A DNA stretch of 64,000 nucleotides from Schmidtea nova. Lineage: Eukaryota. How positions within the stretch are numbered: the first letter of the stretch is position 1; each line of letters starts with the position of its first letter. A program made the translations under genes and the position numbers. The notes under the pieces are model-generated. The model was not told where the DNA came from and ran no database searches. It saw nothing but the letters and a program-made list of their open reading frames with translations. This document shows positions 53,073 through 64,000 of this stretch, piece by piece. The stretch spans positions 19,964,001 to 20,028,000 of the forward strand of contig CM097882.1 of assembly GCA_044892505.1 (NCBI GenBank). The letters are read 5' to 3'.

Positions 53073-55523
53073 AAGTTTTAAATAATTTTTTTTTATTTTA
53101 TTATTTTATTTAATATTATTTTTATATAATTATTTTTTTTATTAAAATNNNNNNNNNNNNNNNNNNNNNNNNNNNNNNNNNNNNNNNNNNNNNNNNNNNN
53201 NNNNNNNNNNNNNNNNNNNNNNNNNNNNNNNNNNNNNNNNNNNNNNNNNNNNNNNNNNNNNNNNNNNNNNNNNNNNNNNNACAAGTATTATTNNNNNNNN
53301 NNNNNNNNNNNNNNNNNNNNNNNNNNNNNNNNNNNNNNNNNNNNNNNNNNNNNNNNNNNNNNNNNNNNNNNNNNNNNNNNNNNNNNNNNNNNNNNNNNNN
53401 NNNNNNNNNNNNNNNNNNNNNNNTACAATTATTATTATTATAACTATGATTATTTATTACTAATATTATTATTACTATTATGATTATTAATCTATATCAA
53501 GAAAAGAAGAGACAAGATAAAGAACACGTGCTTTAATTTTGCCAGTCCTAAAGAGCGGTGATTAAATGCCTGTGCCTAAAAGACACGCTGGGCAAGTAAT
53601 CGCGTCCACAAGGGTCGTCGGTGCCTCCCCCAAAGTGGGGTCAATAGGACCTGGGCATCAATAGTTCGCTATCTATAGCGATCATGTCTCGGATAATCAA
53701 GGGTAGCCAGCTACCAAGACATCACCCACAACGTAGTGTTTCATACGCCATGAATGTGCCGGCAAGATATCGTCATAGACACTATGACCGAAATTAATTA
53801 ATATGTTGTCAAAAATAAGCAAACATTGCAGAGGCCTCCAATTTGGTTGGATTACGGTCGCCCACCACAACGACTGGCATGCTTCGAAAAAAATAAAGGG
53901 TGAAAACAAACCCACCCACCCTAATATATTTTAAAATAAAAAAACAAATTAAATTTTTCTCTTCTTTTTGTCCTCAAGCATCTAGTTTTATCTAAAATTA
54001 ATAAATAATTAAAAATAAAAATAAATTACCAGTCCCAAAAGTTTCTCCCGGCCCGTTGAAATAATTATCTAAAATAAAATTATTAATAAATATCATATTT
54101 GTTTTAATTAATTGTTTGTACTGAAATACATTTATTTAAAAAAAAACTATTACTAATTTAACTAAACATTATTTAAATTATTAGTTTACACTGAAATACA
54201 AAATGTTTTCTAAAATAATTACTTAAAGTTAAATTAATCTTGTTTAAGTTATTTATTTTCCTTAAACTGCGGAAATTTAAAATATTTATAAAAAATTAAT
54301 TTAAAATTATTATTAAGTTTAATTATTATAAAATTTATTAATTAAATTTGTTTTAATTTATTGTTTGCATTAAAATGCATTTATTTAAAAAATAATAACA
54401 AAATTTACTAAAATACTAAATTAAATTTAAATTAGCAAAACTAAAATTAAATTGTTTTGATTAATAACTTTCCTAAGTGTGAAAATTTAATAAAATAAAA
54501 AGTCAATTTAAAATTAATGCTAAGATTAATTATTATTAAATTGATTAATGAAATTTGTTGTGATAATAATTCCCTTAAAAATGTAAAAATTTGAATATTT
54601 AAACTTTAATTTACAAATATTAGCTAAAATATTACACAAATAATTTATGTTAATCTTAATCTTAATTTAATTACTTTAAAATAAAAATACTTACATAACC
54701 GATTTTGAATTTTTTCCTCCATATATTAAACATTTCATCATACCTAAAAATCTAAATTAAAAGTATATTTATAAATAAAAAATAAACTTACAATTATCCA
54801 ATTTCATTTAAATTAACATCTAAATAAAAAGTAATTAATTAGTTAAAAATTAAAAGATTTCATACTCTTAATTTTGAATTTCATCTAAAATAAAATAATT
54901 AATTTGAAATAATAAAACAAAAAGACTTACTTGATTAATTTATTATTTAAAAAGTTTTTACTTAAGCTTTGTATTAACCTAAATTAAACTTATAAATTAA
55001 TGTAAACTATAATATAACTTTTAAAATTTTTATTTAAACTATAATTTGTAATATAACTTTGAAAATTTTTATTTAATTTACAATCTAACTTATATTAAGA
55101 TTTTAGAGTTTGTAATAAATTTTATTTTAACTTTAGATTTAATTTTCAATTTAGTAGAATTGTCTAAATTGATGAGAAATAGGAGTTTTAGTTGAACTTT
55201 AAATAAAAGTGGTTCATGAATGACCTAATTAATATCAGTTAAACATGTTGGAGTATGTAAATCTTGCGTCCAATGGCTATATTTATGTGTTTTTTATCAA
55301 ACATTCAGACTAATTTGATCGGAACCCCGTGTATCAAAGTTGATGGCGGCATCTTATTACATGGAATTCGATGGGTCAAAGATGATATCGACATATTAAC
55401 GGTTGTTGAATTTTAATGGATGGGATCGTAATTGTACTATATTTAATATTTTATATACAAATTAACATACACGTGTGTTTTTTTTATCAAACATTGGGAT
55501 TAATTTTATCGGATTTGGGAACC

Positions 55524-55755
55524 AGGTGGGTCAAAGGTGATAGGTAAATGGTACTATATTATTACATGAGATGCGATGGGTGAAAATCGATAGGCGAATG
55601 ACGCTATCTTGGGATGTGATGGGACAAAGCTGATAGGTAAATGGTGTTATATTATTACATGGAATGCGATGGGTCAAAACTGATAAGCAAATGACACTAT
55701 CTTCTAACATGGGATGCGATGAGTCAAAACTGATAGAATAATGGCGGTATCATTG
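55524..55755 (+). repeat. Degenerate 43-50-bp tandem repeat, about 5 units (mirror ~62704-62935)
   Basis: Recurrent GATGGGTCAAA..TGATAGG.AAATG...TAT..T..ACATG..ATGC, with a related copy near 55335-55390. Confidence 0.75.
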
Positions 55756-57119
55756 GGTAGATCACAGTTATAGTATAAAGTTTTATTGGATGGATTCGTA
55801 ACTGTCAGGTAATTTATTAACTAATTTATGTGTAAATAAGAGGGATTTCTTAGTGAAAACATCCTGTTAAGGGTTTTTGTGCTTATTTTTTTAGTAATCA
55901 TTTTGTCATTTATTAGTGGTATTTGACAACAATTGATAACAAATACTGGTTTTCGGAGTAAATCGATGAGGTTTAGACAATCAATTGGACAAATACATTG
56001 ATTCAATCATGAACACAAGTTGTAACATTTGTCAAATTTTTCTTAAATATTTCAGATAATTCATGGTGGGTGTATACGATAAATGATTGTGACCTGTATG
56101 AGACATGTGTGAATTATTCATGATATGCATTTGTTGAGCTGCATGCATATGTGAGTCACTTCATGTTTGTTGTACTCGTATTGCATGCAAATTGTTTTAC
56201 TAATATCCCAAAATTTTAAAAATAAACACTGAAATATTTTTAATAAAAACTTTAATAAAAAAAAAGACAAATTGACTGATTTATTAATTATCCACAATAC
56301 ATGTGAAATGATATTTTCCCAACTCTTTCCTCAAAATGATAAATCTTCCATCGATCAATGCAGATTTTACATTTTACATAAGACCGATCCCAGTTGACAT
56401 CCATATTCGAAATGGTATAATCTCTGGAGTCCAATATATTCTTTTAATTGATAAAGCTCTTGGATATTAAAATTTTCATCAGTTTTTCTAAAATTCAACT
56501 TTAAAATGAAAATAATTAAAAGTTTTCATTTGATGTTAAATTTGACAATCTAAAATTAAATGGTAATTTGTTATACATATTTAATTACTATATATAATTT
56601 GAAAAAATATTGAATAAATGTGCCCAAAACAATGCAGATGGGTTTTTAATCACCAAGATTCTGCTACTAGAGTTCTGGTGCTCATTAACTTTGTTAGTCA
56701 GGTAAACGAATTACATTTATTGAAGTAACTCTGTGTAAACATTGTCTTATTTGATATGTGTTAAAATGATAGTTTACTGGGTAACATGAGCATTTCTAGC
56801 AATGTAGCATTATTATCATAGTCATTATCAAATATAGTGAAATTCATGTGATCATACATTGGTTTGAAGATAAGCTCAAAAACCATCACAAATAGGTTAT
56901 GTTACCAAATGTTCTGCTATCAAGGTTTATGATATCATTTTATAGTAAACAATTATCAATTTTACTTTAGAAAAAGTATATTTCTTATTAAAAATATGTT
57001 CAAGTGGAAAGCCTTTGGGACAAAAATCATCACAAAAAGGGTTCTGTTACCAAAGATGCTGCTATCAAGGTTCTGTCACTATGATAAGTAAATGACGAAA
57101 AGCATCACACGATACTGGG

Positions 57120-58220
57120 TGGGTAAATACAAATGGTAAATTATCATAATATATAAATCATTACATACAAAATATTTTATACAGTATAGTACAAACATAC
57201 ACACAAATATATAGAAATTTATTACATACAGACAAATTATCATCACATTATAGTGCAAAACACACATGAAATATCATTACATACAAGAATTACACACAAA
57301 GCATATCATCACATACATAGAAAATAAACACACACATACAAATCGAATCAAAATGTCGTCATACTATAGTGTAATAGCATCTAAAATACATCAAAAATAT
57401 ACAAAATACCAAAAACATAGAAAATCAACAAAGATGCACAAAAATATTAAGAATACATAGAAATTCATCACACAGAAAATATCAAAAATACAGAGAAATT
57501 CATCACCCACACAAAATATCATCACATATATAAAATATCATCACAAAATGTCATCATACTTTAGTGCACTAACATTGAAAATACACACAAAATCATCAAA
57601 AGTACACACAAAATATCAGAAATATTTAGAAACTTATCAAGAATTGCAAACAAAATATCAAGAATACATAGAAATTCATCACATACACACAAATCATCAA
57701 AAATACACAAAATATCCAAAACACATGAAAATCATCAAACATGCATACAAATTATCAAAATATACATAGAAATTCATCACACATACAAATATTATCACAT
57801 ATATGAAGTATCATCACAAAATTTTATCATACTATAGTTCTATAACATAGAAAATATATCACAAATCAACAAAGATACATAGAAAATATCAAAATTACAG
57901 AGAAATTCATCACATACACAAAATATCATCACAAAATGACATAGAAAACACATAGAAAACACAGAAAGCATATAAAAAATACAAAGAAAATCATCAAAAA
58001 TACAGATAAAATACACAGAAAATATCAAAAATACAGAGAAATTCATCACACACACAAAATATCATCACAAAATGACATAGAAAACACATAGAAAACACAT
58101 AGAAAACACAGAAAGCATATAAAAATACAAAGAAAATCATCAAAAATACAGATAAAATACACAGAAAATATCAAAAATACATAGAAAATTATCACATACA
58201 TCAGAAATTATCATTGAAAT
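57120..58220 (+). repeat. Strand-asymmetric A/C-rich low-complexity satellite (mirror ~60239-61339)
   Basis: Built from CATAGAAA, ATCATCACA, AAAATATC and ATACACA modules. It includes a ~137-bp internal tandem duplication around 57890-58190. Confidence 0.8.
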
Positions 58221-58440
58221 ATTATGAAAGTGTACGGAAATATTGTGAAATGTATGTTCAAGTAAGAAGCTTTCAAACCTATCACAATTTGTGTCTGTTA
58301 CTGGATAAAACTGAAACATTGTGATAATGTAATTGATCAAAGATCATACCGGGTTATGTTAATGAATAATGTTGATTGTAGCAATAATAACTATATGTGT
58401 GAGTAATAAGCTTTGGCAGATAAAAACCATCACAAAAGAT

Positions 58441-58539
58441 GTTCTGCTAATAAAGGTTCTGCTAATAAAGGTTCTGCTAATAAAGGTTCTGCTAATAAAG
58501 GTTCTGCTAATAAAGGTTCTGCTAATAAAGGTTCTGCTA
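58441..58539 (+). repeat. Perfect 15-bp minisatellite (GTTCTGCTAATAAAG)x6 plus partial; mirror 59920-60018
   Basis: Directly visible; it is the source of the IKVLL and RTFIS ORFs. Confidence 0.97.
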
Positions 58540-58581
58540 GAAAGGTTCATTATTCACTTTAACAAATAATAAACATTTAAA

Positions 58582-59132
58582 ATGAACATTATAACAAGTT
58601 TTATGAACGAAAACCCAAATGGAAAAGAAAATGGTAAATTTATTTTTTAATTTATTATCATTTAGTATTAATTTAGGTAATATCAATAATTCGATATCAA
58701 TAAATATCAATAAATCGGTGTTAGAAAATGCGGAAGAAAATGGTATTTGATCATTAATTTAGTAAATTATTTAACTTTTACTTTAGGTGATGTAAATATG
58801 ACTGGACAAACTACCGTACAAACTAAGATTGTTAATAATGAGAATATTATGAATAATGGAGTTATAACTGATGTGATATTGAATGCCCAATGTAAGTATT
58901 GATTAATTTTTAATTTTTTGATTACATTTTGATAATTAATTTAATAATTATTACATTTTTGTATATATAATTTGTAATAATTCAAATAATTTTAACTTTG
59001 CGCAAACAATTAATTTAAACAAATTTCTTTAATATTTCTTTATTATTTTAAATTTGATATATATTTTCTAAAAATTCATATTTTTATTAATTAAAATAAT
59101 GCAATGGGCATTTTTTAGTGCATGAAAATTGA
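58582..59132 (+). CDS. Small spliced Asn-rich ORF of unknown function (exons 58582-58633, 58677-58742, 58787-58891, then probably 59119-59132; ~78 aa, possibly truncated)
   Basis: Introns of 43 and 44 nt (GTAAAT..TTTAG, GTATTT..CTTTAG), both phase 1, join an open frame: MNIITSFMNENPNGKENGNINNSISININKSVLENAEENGDVNMTGQTTVQTKIVNNENIMNNGVITDVILNAQ. The third donor is GTAAGT, and the first downstream AG is at 59117-59118 in the spacer. Confidence 0.5.
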
Positions 59133-59366
59133 TTTAAAAGGAGATAATGTTAGAAATAAAAGGAAATATATAATGGACGGTCTTAGTGGTGAGTCGAAAA
59201 CATAGTTGACTTGGTAATTTGCATATCGAAAATATTGCCATATTATTTGATTGCAATGGTTGTGACTATGAAATTTAGACAGTAATGTAAAAATTAATAC
59301 CTTAATTATGAGAATTCTATGTATTTATCCAAAACATATTTGAAAATTCATTAAAATATAAAAATA

Positions 59367-62300
59367 AATTAATAAAAATATGAATTTTTAGAAAATATAT
59401 ATCAAATTTAAAATAATAAAGAAATATTAAAGAAATTTGTTTAAATTAATTGTTTGCGCAAAGTTAAAATTATTTGAATTATTACAAATTATATATACAA
59501 AAATGTAATAATTATTAAATTAATTATCAAAATGTAATCAAAAAATTAAAAATTAATCAATACTTACATTGGGCATTCAATATCACATCAGTTATAACTC
59601 CATTATTCATAATATTCTCATTATTAACAATCTTAGTTTGTACGGTAGTTTGTCCAGTCATATTTACATCACCTAAAGTAAAAGTTAAATAATTTACTAA
59701 ATTAATGATCAAATACCATTTTCTTCCGCATTTTCTAACACCGATTTATTGATATTTATTGATATCGAATTATTGATATTACCTAAATTAATACTAAATG
59801 ATAATAAATTAAAAAATAAATTTACCATTTTCTTTTCCATTTGGGTTTTCGTTCATAAAACTTGTTATAATGTTCATTTTAAATGTTTATTATTTGTTAA
59901 AGTGAATAATGAACCTTTCTAGCAGAACCTTTATTAGCAGAACCTTTATTAGCAGAACCTTTATTAGCAGAACCTTTATTAGCAGAACCTTTATTAGCAG
60001 AACCTTTATTAGCAGAACATCTTTTGTGATGGTTTTTATCTGCCAAAGCTTATTACTCACACATATAGTTATTATTGCTACAATCAACATTATTCATTAA
60101 CATAACCCGGTATGATCTTTGATCAATTACATTATCACAATGTTTCAGTTTTATCCAGTAACAGACACAAATTGTGATAGGTTTGAAAGCTTCTTACTTG
60201 AACATACATTTCACAATATTTCCGTACACTTTCATAATATTTCAATGATAATTTCTGATGTATGTGATAATTTTCTATGTATTTTTGATATTTTCTGTGT
60301 ATTTTATCTGTATTTTTGATGATTTTCTTTGTATTTTTATATGCTTTCTGTGTTTTCTATGTGTTTTCTATGTGTTTTCTATGTCATTTTGTGATGATAT
60401 TTTGTGTGTGTGATGAATTTCTCTGTATTTTTGATATTTTCTGTGTATTTTATCTGTATTTTTGATGATTTTCTTTGTATTTTTTATATGCTTTCTGTGT
60501 TTTCTATGTGTTTTCTATGTCATTTTGTGATGATATTTTGTGTATGTGATGAATTTCTCTGTAATTTTGATATTTTCTATGTATCTTTGTTGATTTGTGA
60601 TATATTTTCTATGTTATAGAACTATAGTATGATAAAATTTTGTGATGATACTTCATATATGTGATAATATTTGTATGTGTGATGAATTTCTATGTATATT
60701 TTGATAATTTGTATGCATGTTTGATGATTTTCATGTGTTTTGGATATTTTGTGTATTTTTGATGATTTGTGTGTATGTGATGAATTTCTATGTATTCTTG
60801 ATATTTTGTTTGCAATTCTTGATAAGTTTCTAAATATTTCTGATATTTTGTGTGTACTTTTGATGATTTTGTGTGTATTTTCAATGTTAGTGCACTAAAG
60901 TATGATGACATTTTGTGATGATATTTTATATATGTGATGATATTTTGTGTGGGTGATGAATTTCTCTGTATTTTTGATATTTTCTGTGTGATGAATTTCT
61001 ATGTATTCTTAATATTTTTGTGCATCTTTGTTGATTTTCTATGTTTTTGGTATTTTGTATATTTTTGATGTATTTTAGATGCTATTACACTATAGTATGA
61101 CGACATTTTGATTCGATTTGTATGTGTGTGTTTATTTTCTATGTATGTGATGATATGCTTTGTGTGTAATTCTTGTATGTAATGATATTTCATGTGTGTT
61201 TTGCACTATAATGTGATGATAATTTGTCTGTATGTAATAAATTTCTATATATTTGTGTGTATGTTTGTACTATACTGTATAAAATATTTTGTATGTAATG
61301 ATTTATATATTATGATAATTTACCATTTGTATTTACCCACCCAGTATCGTGTGATGCTTTTCGTCATTTACTTATCATAGTGACAGAACCTTGATAGCAG
61401 CATCTTTGGTAACAGAACCCTTTTTGTGATGATTTTTGTCCCAAAGGCTTTCCACTTGAACATATTTTTAATAAGAAATATACTTTTTCTAAAGTAAAAT
61501 TGATAATTGTTTACTATAAAATGATATCATAAACCTTGATAGCAGAACATTTGGTAACATAACCTATTTGTGATGGTTTTTGAGCTTATCTTCAAACCAA
61601 TGTATGATCACATGAATTTCACTATATTTGATAATGACTATGATAATAATGCTACATTGCTAGAAATGCTCATGTTACCCAGTAAACTATCATTTTAACA
61701 CATATCAAATAAGACAATGTTTACACAGAGTTACTTCAATAAATGTAATTCGTTTACCTGACTAACAAAGTTAATGAGCACCAGAACTCTAGTAGCAGAA
61801 TCTTGGTGATTAAAAACCCATCTGCATTGTTTTGGGCACATTTATTCAATATTTTTTCAAATTATATATAGTAATTAAATATGTATAACAAATTACCATT
61901 TAATTTTAGATTGTCAAATTTAACATCAAATGAAAACTTTTAATTATTTTCATTTTAAAGTTGAATTTTAGAAAAACTGATGAAAATTTTAATATCCAAG
62001 AGCTTTATCAATTAAAAGAATATATTGGACTCCAGAGATTATACCATTTCGAATATGGATGTCAACTGGGATCGGTCTTATGTAAAATGTAAAATCTGCA
62101 TTGATCGATGGAAGATTTATCATTTTGAGGAAAGAGTTGGGAAAATATCATTTCACATGTATTGTGGATAATTAATAAATCAGTCAATTTGTCTTTTTTT
62201 TTATTAAAGTTTTTATTAAAAATATTTCAGTGTTTATTTTTAAAATTTTGGGATATTAGTAAAACAATTTGCATGCAATACGAGTACAACAAACATGAAG

Positions 62301-64000
62301 TGACTCACATATGCATGCAGCTCAACAAATGCATATCATGAATAATTCACACATGTCTCATACAGGTCACAATCATTTATCGTATACACCCACCATGAAT
62401 TATCTGAAATATTTAAGAAAAATTTGACAAATGTTACAACTTGTGTTCATGATTGAATCAATGTATTTGTCCAATTGATTGTCTAAACCTCATCGATTTA
62501 CTCCGAAAACCAGTATTTGTTATCAATTGTTGTCAAATACCACTAATAAATGACAAAATGATTACTAAAAAAATAAGCACAAAAACCCTTAACAGGATGT
62601 TTTCACTAAGAAATCCCTCTTATTTACACATAAATTAGTTAATAAATTACCTGACAGTTACGAATCCATCCAATAAAACTTTATACTATAACTGTGATCT
62701 ACCCAATGATACCGCCATTATTCTATCAGTTTTGACTCATCGCATCCCATGTTAGAAGATAGTGTCATTTGCTTATCAGTTTTGACCCATCGCATTCCAT
62801 GTAATAATATAACACCATTTACCTATCAGCTTTGTCCCATCACATCCCAAGATAGCGTCATTCGCCTATCGATTTTCACCCATCGCATCTCATGTAATAA
62901 TATAGTACCATTTACCTATCACCTTTGACCCACCTGGTTCCCAAATCCGATAAAATTAATCCCAATGTTTGATAAAAAAAACACACGTGTATGTTAATTT
63001 GTATATAAAATATTAAATATAGTACAATTACGATCCCATCCATTAAAATTCAACAACCGTTAATATGTCGATATCATCTTTGACCCATCGAATTCCATGT
63101 AATAAGATGCCGCCATCAACTTTGATACACGGGGTTCCGATCAAATTAGTCTGAATGTTTGATAAAAAACACATAAATATAGCCATTGGACGCAAGATTT
63201 ACATACTCCAACATGTTTAACTGATATTAATTAGGTCATTCATGAACCACTTTTATTTAAAGTTCAACTAAAACTCCTATTTCTCATCAATTTAGACAAT
63301 TCTACTAAATTGAAAATTAAATCTAAAGTTAAAATAAAATTTATTACAAACTCTAAAATCTTAATATAAGTTAGATTGTAAATTAAATAAAAATTTTCAA
63401 AGTTATATTACAAATTATAGTTTAAATAAAAATTTTAAAAGTTATATTATAGTTTACATTAATTTATAAGTTTAATTTAGGTTAATACAAAGCTTAAGTA
63501 AAAACTTTTTAAATAATAAATTAATCAAGTAAGTCTTTTTGTTTTATTATTTCAAATTAATTATTTTATTTTAGATGAAATTCAAAATTAAGAGTATGAA
63601 ATCTTTTAATTTTTAACTAATTAATTACTTTTTATTTAGATGTTAATTTAAATGAAATTGGATAATTGTAAGTTTATTTTTTATTTATAAATATACTTTT
63701 AATTTAGATTTTTAGGTATGATGAAATGTTTAATATATGGAGGAAAAAATTCAAAATCGGTTATGTAAGTATTTTTATTTTAAAGTAATTAAATTAAGAT
63801 TAAGATTAACATAAATTATTTGTGTAATATTTTAGCTAATATTTGTAAATTAAAGTTTAAATATTCAAATTTTTACATTTTTAAGGGAATTATTATCACA
63901 ACAAATTTCATTAATCAATTTAATAATAATTAATCTTAGCATTAATTTTAAATTGACTTTTTATTTTATTAAATTTTCACACTTAGGAAAGTTATTAATC
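59367..64000 (-). repeat. Right arm of the inverted repeat (runs off the window)
   Basis: Reverse complement of 54459-59092, with no indel or mismatch seen in spot checks. Confidence 0.97.
59568..59877 (-). CDS. Mirror copy of exons 1-3 of the small spliced ORF
   Basis: Reverse complement of 58582-58891 within the right arm. Confidence 0.45.

Larger units (their letters stand above)
49105..53423. other. Four short N runs (49105-49237, 50032-50219, 53149-53280, 53293-53423)
   Basis: Directly visible (133, 188, 132 and 131 N). ORFs spanning them are artefacts. Confidence 0.99.
54459..59092 (+). repeat. Left arm of a large perfect inverted repeat (may extend further left)
   Basis: Mirrored ORF pairs all have coordinate sum 118459 (e.g. 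55821/62638, 58369/60090). 54459 onward is the reverse complement of the window end. The first mismatch is at 59093/59366. Confidence 0.97.

Noticed and set aside
49056-53284. ORFs containing X runs
   Set aside because: Artefacts of translating N; only the eEF2-like portion is meaningful.
53560-53790. Group I intron call (AAGATATCGTC resembles the S element)
   Set aside because: No complementary R/P7 partner or P4/P6 core was found upstream, so it is kept only as an unassigned structured island.
57079-61380. K/H/T/Y-rich and C/V/F-rich ORFs and the IKVLL/RTFIS repeat ORFs
   Set aside because: Translations of low-complexity satellite and a 15-bp minisatellite, duplicated by the palindrome; there is no splice or family evidence.

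Overview
AT-rich eukaryotic (invertebrate-like) genomic DNA with mostly very short introns (32-82 nt). Bases 1-52413 (+) are an internal part of a spectraplakin gene (Shot/MACF1/dystonin/VAB-10 family). One coding exon of at least 42,934 nt carries 144 indel-free, near-identical 297-bp (99-aa) plakin/plectin-repeat units. It is followed by a degenerate plakin-repeat exon and 13 phase-compatible exons encoding spectrin-repeat/coiled-coil rod. Introns contain a hAT-type MITE with a perfect 8-bp TSD and a decayed eEF2 fragment bounded by N runs. After the last recognisable exon come a dense cluster of transcription-factor-like motifs, a GC-richer island of short hairpins, and a large perfect inverted repeat (arms of at least 4,634 bp, 274-bp spacer). 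The arms carry minisatellites and a small spliced ORF pointing at the centre. The giant exon and the palindrome are the main leads, and both need raw-read validation against assembly artefact.
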